Part shown: piece by piece, positions 36,259 through 46,415 of the stretch
Position numbering within the stretch: the stretch's first letter is position 1
Layout: the number at the start of each line of letters is the position of its first letter
Assembly: GCA_023819145.1 (NCBI GenBank)
Contig: JAMWCW010000001.1
Location: forward strand, 2,400-66,399
Source of the DNA: Candidatus Omnitrophota bacterium
Lineage (GTDB): Bacteria; Omnitrophota; Gorgyraeia; DTHP01
Reading direction: 5' to 3'
Length of the DNA stretch: 64,000 bases
Notes under the pieces: model-generated
Database searches by the model: none
Seen by the model: only the letters and a program-made list of their open reading frames with translations
Told to the model about the DNA's origin: nothing
Program-made: the position numbers and the translations under genes

Positions 36259-39200
36259 ATGTCGAAGAAATTGTTAATTATATGTTTTTTAATTATTTTC
36301 ACTAAAGTTACTTCTGCGCTGGATTTAAGTTTGGGAGAATTTTCCTTAGGGCTTTCTGGTAACCAACTTTCTCCGCAAGGGGGAATTATTACTCCTTCAC
36401 GGCAAACTGTTCTTCCAGAACCAGCGATAAGGGATAGGGATATATCGTATATTGAAGCATTATTGCCTTATATTGCTGCGTATTTAGGGGTGGACGAAAT
36501 ACCAAAAGATTCAGAAGGCAGTTATTTTTATAATACCCTTTATTGGCTTACCTTGCCGTTAGTGGATAGATTTAGTTTTGATGCCCGGGAAGTAGGGAAA
36601 GAGGTAGAGCGCAGAATAGAAAACTGGAAACGTCAGGGAATTGAAGTTTCTTCCTCCTGGAAGGAGATAATTCGAGGCGATGTCAGGCGAGATTTTGCTG
36701 CCAGGCAGATTATTCAGGAGATGTTAGATAATGGTTTAGTACCCACTATTAGTTCGGTGATTAGCTGGATGTCTGATCCGCAACGAGCACAGACCTACCT
36801 TTCACCAGCGGATATAAGCTTCCTTATAGAAGAACTCCAGATGCGTATCTTCCTAAAGGAGAAATATCCTGATGTTTTGGGTGAACCCGGCTTAACCTAT
36901 CAACGCGAGAATTTAAGTGAAAAAGAGTTTTTATTAAGGATTATGAAAGATAAATTCAAGTTTGTTTTAGATATGTACACAGAATATAGCCGAGATGGTA
37001 AAACATATGGATTTATTTTAGATTCCAATGGGGGTATGGATACAAACATCGCAGCAATGGGCATGGGTTTAGTGGCTTTGACGCTTTTAGAACAGAAGAT
37101 AAAAGAGGGGGTATGGAGTTATGATGATTTCGGTATAAAGAGCGGTACCATAGAAAGAATGATAGGTAACTGTCTTAATACGATGGAAGAAATCTTAAAC
37201 AGACAGCCACAGGGTGAATGGGTGGAATATCTGCTAAAGAGATTTCCTTATCCTATAGTGAAGGCATTGGCGGCAAAAACGAAAGAGGAACTTGTTAGTG
37301 TTAATCTTCTGGATATATATACAGAATTACTGGCACGAGGTGATTTAAAAGATGAACAAGGAGTAATTGGAAATGATTTGAAGGACAAGGTTTTAACAGA
37401 AGAGGATATAGAAAACATTCTTAAAATTGCTGATACCCCCGAGATAAGAATTAGGGAGCTTGAGAAAATAGAGAAATATGGTTGGGGAGGATTGTGGTAC
37501 CACTTTATCAGCCCTGATCCTAAAAAAGACCTTGCTCGTAGTAAGAAAGATGTAGAGATTTCTACTATGGATAGTGCTCTTCTTCTTCTCTATGCCAAGT
37601 ATGCGGGGGTATACTTTGGAGGTTCAATAAAGGACACTATAGAGAGCATGCTAAAGAGATTTCCTGTTTCCGATAACTCTCCTTTTTATATTTCCCGAGA
37701 ACGTGGTTATTGCCATGGTTGGAGAGTGGTCCCCGTGCAGGGTGATACCCCCACGGGATTCCTACCTTATGACTACCATGGAGATGAGCGTTTAATTTTA
37801 GACATTCTGAGACTCTCTCTGCTTTCGGAAGGGGAGATTACGTCAGAGGATTGCAAAATATACGTAAATCGCGTTATGGTCCGCAAAACACGGGAAGGTG
37901 ATTCAGTTCCACCTGCAGTTGGTTTCTGGGGAAGTTACCAAGGAGCAAGCTGGACCTCGGAATACTTTAAAAATTTAGTGGATGTGAGTTCAAAGGAAGA
38001 GGTTTGGTTAAGTACGAACTGGTTTGGCAACGCTGTCAAAGCGCTTATGGCTAACAGGCATTATGCCTTGCAGAGAGGATATAATCCTTATGGGGCAGTT
38101 ATTGGTTCTCAGGAGCTTCCTAAATATGGGTATAAAATGGACAGAGGTTCTGTACCTTCTATAATCTATGAAAAAACAGGGAAACCCCCCGATGATGGGG
38201 AAAGAAACTTTGCTCCTTCCCAAGTAGGAGTCTCTTATTTACCCTTTGAATCTACAGAGTCGCTTTGGGTGCAGTATATCTCCAATCCTAAATTGGCAAG
38301 AGGTCTATATGGGTTTCGAGAATCCTATACTCCGGGGACGGAGTTTGTGTCTCCCAGTAATTACACTTTGAACGAAGTAGGGTTGTTGTTAAAAATTGAA
38401 AATGCCCTTACCGGCCTTGTCTGGAAAACAATGATGGAAGATGAAGGAACGCAGTTAGCGCTACGGAGAGCAGGATTTAATAGAACTGATTACAATCACA
38501 TTAATCGTTCAGGGAACTTAGAGAATACTTTAAGAGAGGTTATGGGGAATGGTAGAACTCTAGAAGATGCGGAGAAATTAGTCCAAGCAGTGACAGATGA
38601 GGTAAGAAATATGGTTTTATCTCAAGATGAGTCCAAATTAAGTTATTTCCGAGAGTATGTAGAATATAATGACCAGTTATATGAAAAGGCATTAAATATT
38701 CTCCAAGGTCTTTCTATAACCAGCGCCCCACAGTTGGCAGTAAAGGTTGCTGCTTTGAAATTTGTCATCTATAAGAATCAGAAGTTTGCCGATGAAATGC
38801 TCGAAGCAGCAAAAGATTTAATTAAAGCAATTAAGTATTATGGATGTATAGAAGAAGCCACTTCTATTATTAGTAGTTACGATTATGAGGCGGTAGCAAT
38901 GTGGAAAGATTGGCGAAAAGATAAGGAATATATTTATATATTGGATGAAAATTCTGATGGAAATGTTTGGGATGATGTAAGTCAGAAATTAAGCAAAGCA
39001 GTGGCTACGGATAATCATTTTCTTCTCGTGCATTCCCAGTTGGAAGAGTATCTGACTACAACACAGAAATTATATACTATCCTTCCCTCAGATTCCGGAG
39101 TAATTTCTGCCCTTCTTAATGGTGCGGACTACCCCGGTGGCCATGTGAAGGGACTGCGAGAATTAAGAAATCAGTATGGGCTTTATAAAGCAATGGAGAT

Positions 39201-40494
39201 AATGGCGGAGGAATTTAAGATTCAAGCATCCCTCAGGCCTTATGCAGAGAGATTGCTGGGTCGTAAACTTGACCTTACCAACCCTGACGGAAAAGATGCA
39301 GGATTCTTATCTGCGTTAGCACATGAGGTTAAAGGAGGGTTAGAAAATCCTAAAGCGGGAGAATTGACCATTGAACAAATGATTTGGAAGATGGAATTTA
39401 CGCAGCAGTTAATGAATTTATTCCAGAGAGGTTCGGGGCATAAATTCTTAGATCTTATGGAAGAAGATAGTCAGGATGCAAGGTGGTATTATTATTGGCA
39501 GAGTAATTTATGGCATGACATTGCGCGTAGCGCAGGTTTACCCGGTTTTCATCCTCCCGGAACATATCATCCGCGCTACTATATATGGAATATCCAGCGG
39601 ACCAGTGGTGTAGGTTATCCTGCAAATTATTTGGTTTCTCCAGCTCAATTACCTCTTTCGGGAGAGGAAAGCATTGAAGTTAGAGGAGAATTAAGAATAC
39701 CGCTTTTGTATGGAGATTTAACTGCTATTGATAGAATTAATTTACAATTAAAAGCCGGTAGCGGGCAATTTGACGAGATAGAAATTAGAGATAGAAGTGG
39801 CAGAAGGGTTGTTTTTAAAATGGGAGGACTGTCGATGGAGAAATGGTATAATATAACCTTGCCCGTATATGGTATTTATTATGGCAGTGCAGATGACCCT
39901 ACAAAACCCACATGGCTACAAGATTCAACCTGGGCGAGGTGGTTGACGCTTAATAAATCTAACGATGCCAATGAAAAAGAAGGTTTCTTCTGGAGACTTA
40001 GGCAAGATGGATATTTAGGTCTAAAAGAAGAGTTTTCTGCAGGTGGTGATATTTATGTGGCATTAGATGAACATGTTGATTGGGGTAACATTAGTGAAAT
40101 TGTTTTTAGAACCTTTGGAACAATGTATGTAAAAGGGATTTATCAGTATACCGATGAGAGAATAGATATTTCTAACTTTACGAACTTAGTAGGGCATTTG
40201 GGAAAAGGAGGAGCGATATTATTTCGTATGAAGCCAGGAGTAACGATAAGCGTTCCCGGAACCGATAATCCCGGTTATAGTCATGCCTATAGACCAGGAT
40301 TAAACCTTGTTACAGAAGGAGGGGATGCCTTAATCATAGATATGAAAGGAAACAAGGTGAGATTTGTAATCCCTGCGATTGGCCCCAATATTTTTGAAAT
40401 AGATTACTATAAGTTTATAAATGAAATAATGGCTGGTTCTGTAGGATATAAACTCCTGCTTTGGGGACCAAAGGAGTGTAGAAAAAATATATAA
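36259..40494 (+). CDS. Large secreted protein with divergent GH144-like domain, TPR-like helices and C-terminal beta domains
   Basis: Signal peptide; NIAAMGMGL, GLWYHF, EISTMDSALL, HGDERLIL, GLYGFRESY, LKIENALTGLVW...LRRAGF. Confidence 0.75.
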   Translation: MSKKLLIICFLIIFTKVTSALDLSLGEFSLGLSGNQLSPQGGIITPSRQTVLPEPAIRDRDISYIEALLPYIAAYLGVDEIPKDSEGSYFYNTLYWLTLPLVDRFSFDAREVGKEVERRIENWKRQGIEVSSSWKEIIRGDVRRDFAARQIIQEMLDNGLVPTISSVISWMSDPQRAQTYLSPADISFLIEELQMRIFLKEKYPDVLGEPGLTYQRENLSEKEFLLRIMKDKFKFVLDMYTEYSRDGKTYGFILDSNGGMDTNIAAMGMGLVALTLLEQKIKEGVWSYDDFGIKSGTIERMIGNCLNTMEEILNRQPQGEWVEYLLKRFPYPIVKALAAKTKEELVSVNLLDIYTELLARGDLKDEQGVIGNDLKDKVLTEEDIENILKIADTPEIRIRELEKIEKYGWGGLWYHFISPDPKKDLARSKKDVEISTMDSALLLLYAKYAGVYFGGSIKDTIESMLKRFPVSDNSPFYISRERGYCHGWRVVPVQGDTPTGFLPYDYHGDERLILDILRLSLLSEGEITSEDCKIYVNRVMVRKTREGDSVPPAVGFWGSYQGASWTSEYFKNLVDVSSKEEVWLSTNWFGNAVKALMANRHYALQRGYNPYGAVIGSQELPKYGYKMDRGSVPSIIYEKTGKPPDDGERNFAPSQVGVSYLPFESTESLWVQYISNPKLARGLYGFRESYTPGTEFVSPSNYTLNEVGLLLKIENALTGLVWKTMMEDEGTQLALRRAGFNRTDYNHINRSGNLENTLREVMGNGRTLEDAEKLVQAVTDEVRNMVLSQDESKLSYFREYVEYNDQLYEKALNILQGLSITSAPQLAVKVAALKFVIYKNQKFADEMLEAAKDLIKAIKYYGCIEEATSIISSYDYEAVAMWKDWRKDKEYIYILDENSDGNVWDDVSQKLSKAVATDNHFLLVHSQLEEYLTTTQKLYTILPSDSGVISALLNGADYPGGHVKGLRELRNQYGLYKAMEIMAEEFKIQASLRPYAERLLGRKLDLTNPDGKDAGFLSALAHEVKGGLENPKAGELTIEQMIWKMEFTQQLMNLFQRGSGHKFLDLMEEDSQDARWYYYWQSNLWHDIARSAGLPGFHPPGTYHPRYYIWNIQRTSGVGYPANYLVSPAQLPLSGEESIEVRGELRIPLLYGDLTAIDRINLQLKAGSGQFDEIEIRDRSGRRVVFKMGGLSMEKWYNITLPVYGIYYGSADDPTKPTWLQDSTWARWLTLNKSNDANEKEGFFWRLRQDGYLGLKEEFSAGGDIYVALDEHVDWGNISEIVFRTFGTMYVKGIYQYTDERIDISNFTNLVGHLGKGGAILFRMKPGVTISVPGTDNPGYSHAYRPGLNLVTEGGDALIIDMKGNKVRFVIPAIGPNIFEIDYYKFINEIMAGSVGYKLLLWGPKECRKNI

Positions 40495-40529
40495 ATTATG
40501 TGTTTATAATAAGAAAGGAGTGGTTAAAA

Positions 40530-43500
40530 ATGTTTAAGAAAAACACTCCCCGAGGAAAAATCTATAAGTATATTTGTGTGGTTGTGATTGAAATATTTAT
40601 TTTTACATCCATTGTTTCTTCTTGCCCGTCTTTTCCTGCCTTTAATGATATTTTTTTGTTAAGAAGAATCAGAGGAGGAGTTTCTGTGCCGGGAGTGACA
40701 GGATTTAGTCCTGCAAGTGAAAGTGAATTGTTAGCATACCTTTCTTCTTTAGGCATTACTCAAGAAACGGTCCGCGGTTTAGGTGCCACCAGTATGGAGA
40801 TTAGTGTTATTGATGCAAATTCTGATGGAATTCCAGAGGTTATAAAAATTGGAGATTATGTGACGATAGAATCCTCAATAGAAGGTTGGAAAGTTACTAC
40901 TACCTTGAATTCTGGAGAAGAAGTTCCTTTTAGGTTTGTGGGAGATACCCTCCATATTAAAAATCCTAATGGTTCAACAGCATTGATAAACTCCCAGTAT
41001 GTTGAGCAGGTTGACGAAGATTCTGTATCTGGTATAACCTATGATTTCAATGCCTTGCCGGACTTCTTTAGTTCCACTGATTCTGGACAATCACTTCAGG
41101 GATATCTCCAGGCAGGCTTAGAAGAAGATGGGCCAACTTATGGACTTGACGCGATGAAAGATGTAGGTATTGCTACGCTTGTATACGATAAAAGTGGAAA
41201 TCCTACTACCGTAGTCGTTAGATATGACGAAAAAACTTCTACCATGCAGTCATTATTCTATAGAGGACGTCAAGTGCTTGAGTGGATTAGAAGTAGAATT
41301 AAATCTGGTAAGTCTGCTATTGAAGCGGTAGATGAAGCGGTAGATTCAGGTTATGGAAGGACAACAAAGGTCGGTGAAGGTGGAGAATTCGTAGATAAAA
41401 GTAAAAGGGGCTGGATTTTATTAGGACTGTCTTCAGCAATAGCCGCAGGGTTAGCGGTTTTATATACGTATGCCTTTATGAGTGTAGATGTCAGCTCTGT
41501 ACTCACCCAGGTTCTCAATTATGTGTGTGCTACCGTTACGGGAATGTTAACTTATTCTATGTTTAGGCCGGCGGTAGCTCGAACCCTTAAGGGACTGGCC
41601 CTTCCTTTTTTAAATGTTCAAGATTTGGTTCATGAAGTGAAAGAAGACCCGGAAGTTTTAGAAAAAGGACTGCAGAGAGATGCAATGTATGTAATTTCCC
41701 ATTATAGGAATTTCGATGTTTTAGAGAAGGCTTTAGAAGCCACAATTCAAAAGAACGCAGAAGATATATTTGTTAGGGGTCTTATGAATGGTAAATTTCA
41801 TGTTGCATTGATGGGTATGGACAGTCTTAATCCCGCAAGTGTTGTGCGGGAAATAGAACTAATCAGAGATTTTACAGAAAGGACTTTTGAATATCAAGGT
41901 AAGAGGTATAGATATGGTGATTTTATAACTTTCTCATATTTCTTACGTAATCCTGCACATTTTATGCCTGAACAGGCAAGTGCTAAAGGATGGAAATGGC
42001 TTACTTTTATGTATTTAATAGACCTTGTCCAGAACGGGAATAGACTTCCTACCGCATATACTGAGTCTGAATTTGGAAGATACCAGGTTCCTGGTGACCA
42101 GCCTTCGTTCGCCGGGAGTCATCAAATAGTAGATGCTTTACTTGCTAAGGGTATAATCGATAGGGCAAAAGCAGAGCAACTGCTTAAAGAAGGGTTTATT
42201 ACTTTTAATCAACCGGGCTATGTTGACTTGGCTAGTTTCTTAGGTATTCCTGAGGCCGGTGGTAAGGGTAAAGGGAGGATAAACGACTTTCTTATTGTTG
42301 ATGAAGGGAATATCGTGGAAGGTCCTCATGATGGCAATATACATGGTGACCTTTTACGCTGGGCGGCAAAGGTTGCTTGGTCAGAGGAACATCTTACAAG
42401 ACAAGACGGAAGTCCCTTTTACGATATGTATGTTCCTCGTTTAATAATTCCTGAATCGGGAGAATTAAAGGAGTATACAAGGACTTTATTAGAACAGTTG
42501 AATGCTCTTGATGATAAACAAAACTTAGGATACGTAATTGCTGAACAATGGTTTTATAATCTTTTTATGTCCTCTGGCAAGGCTTGGATTAAAGGGGATA
42601 GATTTATTGAGCACGTTTTCCATCCAATTCAACAAACCGCAGACCTTCCCCCCCTGAGACAATTTGCCCAGAGAGTTGCTGATTTGGGAAAAACCCATCC
42701 CGAAATAGCAAAGATTTTCAGACCCCTTGTATTTTTAGCAGAAAGATATGCTGCTACAGAATATCTTCCTGGCTTAGGAGCGATGGTTGGACCGAATATG
42801 ACCTCGCACGACCATTGGGAGTCTTTTGTTAGTGCTTGCATGAGGATGTTAGATATAATTGTTCTTGATGATAGGCCAGAAACTATTCCTAAATCGGTTG
42901 ACCAAAGTTCCAGATTTGTGTATGGAGATGCTACTAAATGGTACCAAAAAGATTTACCTGCTTCGCCTTTCGGAGATTTCTTAAGAAAAGTTTTAGGACT
43001 GGGTAAAGTCGATGTTACTCGTCCTTCCGCTCCAGAACATCATTTAGAGCACAAAGCAGCAGCTGTAGAATATGCTTTTGGAGATGCGAGATTCTTGGGA
43101 TTTATAGCCTGGCAAATGCTCATGGCATATTTACCGGGATATATGGATTTACAGAATTTACCACTGGCTCTCGGAGTCGGTGCTTTTACCGCCCTCTTTG
43201 CGCATTCCATTATGCCTAAGTTGATTGTTCCTTTGATTACCGATTGGAAAACACAAATTAGCCCTCGTCTTGAGACAGCTTTTGCTAGTGGTGAAGCAGG
43301 AGAAATTTTAAAGGCAATAGGGAGTGGATTTTGGGCTTTAGGCAAGGATACGGCTTTGGATTTTCCCTTGAGTTTATTGGGAGACTGGTTTGTTTATATG
43401 CCGATGGTTTTGATTAAACCTTATCTGTTGGCAAAGAATATAATATACAATAAAGTATGGAAAGAATTTATAGGTGGAGAAAGAACTTGGTGGATTAAAC

Positions 43501-43754
43501 CTGTGCATATTGCTTTAGAAGGTGCTGCAAAGGAATGGAAGAAGATGCATCTTGACACTGATAGGATTTTTAGTAATGTAGTTGTGCCTTTAATGGGTTA
43601 TGGGCTCTTCCATTTATTGAGTGAACTCTTAGGCCCTGATTGGAGATGGATGGGAGCACCTCTGTTTGTTTCTTGGATGGCATGGCCAATGGTTTCTAAT
43701 GCCGAATGGGGGGTAAGAAAAATTACGCAATTAATAGAAGCGTTCTTTAGGTAA
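40530..43754 (+). CDS. Membrane GT-A glucosyltransferase, OpgH/Cgs(GT84)-like; probable beta-1,2-glucan polymerase
   Basis: AAGGAG RBS before ATG 40530; TM pair, then FLIVDEGN, PRL, SSGKAWI, SHDHWES, DDRPE...SRFVYGD (cf. Cgs SHDLLEG...RWxRGD), then several C-terminal TMs. Confidence 0.6.
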   Translation: MFKKNTPRGKIYKYICVVVIEIFIFTSIVSSCPSFPAFNDIFLLRRIRGGVSVPGVTGFSPASESELLAYLSSLGITQETVRGLGATSMEISVIDANSDGIPEVIKIGDYVTIESSIEGWKVTTTLNSGEEVPFRFVGDTLHIKNPNGSTALINSQYVEQVDEDSVSGITYDFNALPDFFSSTDSGQSLQGYLQAGLEEDGPTYGLDAMKDVGIATLVYDKSGNPTTVVVRYDEKTSTMQSLFYRGRQVLEWIRSRIKSGKSAIEAVDEAVDSGYGRTTKVGEGGEFVDKSKRGWILLGLSSAIAAGLAVLYTYAFMSVDVSSVLTQVLNYVCATVTGMLTYSMFRPAVARTLKGLALPFLNVQDLVHEVKEDPEVLEKGLQRDAMYVISHYRNFDVLEKALEATIQKNAEDIFVRGLMNGKFHVALMGMDSLNPASVVREIELIRDFTERTFEYQGKRYRYGDFITFSYFLRNPAHFMPEQASAKGWKWLTFMYLIDLVQNGNRLPTAYTESEFGRYQVPGDQPSFAGSHQIVDALLAKGIIDRAKAEQLLKEGFITFNQPGYVDLASFLGIPEAGGKGKGRINDFLIVDEGNIVEGPHDGNIHGDLLRWAAKVAWSEEHLTRQDGSPFYDMYVPRLIIPESGELKEYTRTLLEQLNALDDKQNLGYVIAEQWFYNLFMSSGKAWIKGDRFIEHVFHPIQQTADLPPLRQFAQRVADLGKTHPEIAKIFRPLVFLAERYAATEYLPGLGAMVGPNMTSHDHWESFVSACMRMLDIIVLDDRPETIPKSVDQSSRFVYGDATKWYQKDLPASPFGDFLRKVLGLGKVDVTRPSAPEHHLEHKAAAVEYAFGDARFLGFIAWQMLMAYLPGYMDLQNLPLALGVGAFTALFAHSIMPKLIVPLITDWKTQISPRLETAFASGEAGEILKAIGSGFWALGKDTALDFPLSLLGDWFVYMPMVLIKPYLLAKNIIYNKVWKEFIGGERTWWIKPVHIALEGAAKEWKKMHLDTDRIFSNVVVPLMGYGLFHLLSELLGPDWRWMGAPLFVSWMAWPMVSNAEWGVRKITQLIEAFFR

Positions 43755-43766
43755 AAAGGAGCAATA

Positions 43767-46397
43767 ATGAGAACTGTTCGTATGAAAAAATTGAAAATTT
43801 GGATAACAATTTTCTTGCTTTTATCTTTCACAGAACACAGTTTATTTAATGTTTCTCTACCAAATAGCGCAGAAGGATATTTATTAAGAAGGATTAAAGG
43901 TGAGAGTTTCTCACCGACGGTCGTACTGAAAGGTTTAGGTTTTAAGGACGCACTTGAATTAAGAGTTGTAAAAAGCATTGATTCCTTAGCGAGTTTTAAA
44001 GATGGTGTTATTGAAATCTCCGAATCTTTACTTAATTCGGATTATCTCCTTCTTTTGGAAACAGAAAGAGTAGTAAATGAAAGAAAATATGCCCAAGAAT
44101 TTAGGAGCAGTTTAAACTTAACTGAACAAGAGATAAGAGCTTTAGCAAGGGCAAGAGAAGTTGGTCGTTTTCTCAGTTTATCTCCTCAACAACAGGAGCA
44201 TACTTTAGAAGCCCTAAGAGACATAGGAACTTCCGAAGCGCAACAGCTTCTGGTTTTATTTTCTAGAGCAAAAGAAAATGGTTTAGGGAGTGTTTTTGGT
44301 GAGATTTTTGCAGGGATGGGCTCAGTGCGAAACCGAGAAGTTTTTCTAAAGACTAATCCCAATTACAGATTTTTTATAGAGCGGTATGGACAAGGAGATG
44401 AACAAAGATGTCGAGAAGAATTAGAGAAGATTCTGGGAAGAAATATAACGGAGGATGAGTTTTTTAGAATTGTATTGGGAACTGTAGGTAGAGATGCTTT
44501 ATTAAGGCCATCTCAAATAGCACTTATCAGACATTCTGCCCGTGCACCTCCTTCAGAAAAACCAGATATTACGGTTATCGGAGGAAGCACGTGGCCTAAT
44601 TTATTAGCAGATAAATTGCGGGATGAAATACAACAAAACAACGGAGAAGTAACCAGAACAATAACCGTTGTTGTCTCTACCACCGATGATGGCGGTAGTT
44701 CTCGTATTATACAGAATATGTTAAGAGCTACCGATGCTTATCGGGTTTACATATTTTCTCCCGGAGATGCCATTAATGATTGGAAAGGATTTTCCGAACC
44801 AGCAATTCAAGCATTGATGGAGATACGTTTTAAGGGAGGTCGATATAAAAGTATGAGTTTTGAAGAAGCAGTTAAAGAAGCAATTGACCAGGTAGAGTCG
44901 GCATATCGAGGAGGATTTAAAGTAAATGTCAACGGCGAAGAAAAAATACTTTATTTACCCAAAAATTGGCTTGAATTTGTTTCGGATTTATTAAATGTCG
45001 CCCGGCATGTTGACGAAAGGTTTATTGCCACAGGCATTTTGTCTTTGGAGGGTCAGAGTTTAAGAAATCTCTTCTATATTGGCCTTTTAGATTATGCTGG
45101 TTATTTAGATGCAGGAGTAGTAAAAGGTGGAATGGAGAGAGGAAAACTTATAAGAGGAGCGAGCCTTTTAGCTCAAGCCCGTATAAACAAAGGATTTATT
45201 GATCAGGCTAATAAATTAGTGGCTAACATCCTAGGTGTAGGAGATATGGGATGGGTTGTTCCCAGTACCCATGATGAAGGAGTTGTTGTTGCCCGTCTCA
45301 GAAACGGAAATGTTGTGACCGAACAAACAGACATTTCTCGGCCTGCTCCTCGAAATGGAAGAGAACCATCGCGGGTTATAGGGGTCGATGGCAATCCAGT
45401 TTATAATCACGATGCTTTCACTAATCCTTCCCCTATTGACCATATGGAAATATGGTCTCCTGTTCGTAATCCAGATGGTAGAGAAACTTTATTAGATGAA
45501 TATAATGAAGATGGAAGTCGAAAAAGAAAATATCAACAGGTAGCCGGTTATTTCTTACAAGCGGTAGCAGAAACGATAGAAGCTATTAGAAATGCTCAAG
45601 GTGCTATTTTTATAACCTGTGGAAGTATTTTAACCAGTGTGGGAGCGAATTTGGTAGTCAAAGGGATTGTGGAAGCGTTGAGGATAAAGAAAGCAGAGGG
45701 AAAAGTTCCTATTATTTTATCTTTAAAACCACTTACTTCTAATGAGGATTGGGGTATGGAAGAAGATGGTTCTCATATTATAGGCGTGCTCTCTGCGCTT
45801 GAAAAATCCATTCAAATAGCCTTAGGTGATCCAAGTATAAAATTGAGTGATTTTATAACTCACGTCGTTCTCTTTGATACTCAAGATGGAAGCGCTATTA
45901 CTCCTACGATGGCAACTCAGATTAAATCAGGAATGTTACAATTTCCCGATGGTTCATTTGTCTTAGGTGAATATTCACATTTGGATCGAAGACCAAGAGG
46001 AGTGATGGGGGTAGCAGATAATCCCGATTGTTTACCTCAACGCCTTGGACAAATTGGCACAGAGGTAATAAAACATTTAGAAGAACTTACAAGTTCTAAA
46101 GATCCCCAAAAACCTCCACAAGTGATTCCTGGGTTATGGTATACGCACCTGAGCGCAATAAAGAAAGCGTGTGAAGTAAGAAGCCTCAGAGATTTGGGAG
46201 TGGAAAGCAAGAGCGAGGTGGAAGCAAGAATTAGAGCGCGATGGGGAAATTTGGGAATTGTTTATTGTTCCGAGATAGAAGAAGTCATAGAAGATTGGCG
46301 TTGGTATTTGCCCCCGACTTTACATGCCAAAGATTTGGAATATACCTATCGGTTTAGCTTAGAGGCTATATGGAGATTAATAACCGGAGGTATATAA
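43767..46397 (+). CDS. YvcK/GlmR-CofD family protein with N-terminal signal and extension
   Basis: ITVIGGST, VSTTDDGGSSR, SPGD, GQSLRNL, CGSILTSVGANL. Confidence 0.75.
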   Translation: MRTVRMKKLKIWITIFLLLSFTEHSLFNVSLPNSAEGYLLRRIKGESFSPTVVLKGLGFKDALELRVVKSIDSLASFKDGVIEISESLLNSDYLLLLETERVVNERKYAQEFRSSLNLTEQEIRALARAREVGRFLSLSPQQQEHTLEALRDIGTSEAQQLLVLFSRAKENGLGSVFGEIFAGMGSVRNREVFLKTNPNYRFFIERYGQGDEQRCREELEKILGRNITEDEFFRIVLGTVGRDALLRPSQIALIRHSARAPPSEKPDITVIGGSTWPNLLADKLRDEIQQNNGEVTRTITVVVSTTDDGGSSRIIQNMLRATDAYRVYIFSPGDAINDWKGFSEPAIQALMEIRFKGGRYKSMSFEEAVKEAIDQVESAYRGGFKVNVNGEEKILYLPKNWLEFVSDLLNVARHVDERFIATGILSLEGQSLRNLFYIGLLDYAGYLDAGVVKGGMERGKLIRGASLLAQARINKGFIDQANKLVANILGVGDMGWVVPSTHDEGVVVARLRNGNVVTEQTDISRPAPRNGREPSRVIGVDGNPVYNHDAFTNPSPIDHMEIWSPVRNPDGRETLLDEYNEDGSRKRKYQQVAGYFLQAVAETIEAIRNAQGAIFITCGSILTSVGANLVVKGIVEALRIKKAEGKVPIILSLKPLTSNEDWGMEEDGSHIIGVLSALEKSIQIALGDPSIKLSDFITHVVLFDTQDGSAITPTMATQIKSGMLQFPDGSFVLGEYSHLDRRPRGVMGVADNPDCLPQRLGQIGTEVIKHLEELTSSKDPQKPPQVIPGLWYTHLSAIKKACEVRSLRDLGVESKSEVEARIRARWGNLGIVYCSEIEEVIEDWRWYLPPTLHAKDLEYTYRFSLEAIWRLITGGI

Positions 46398-46415
46398 AAA
46401 TAATGAGGGATTTTT

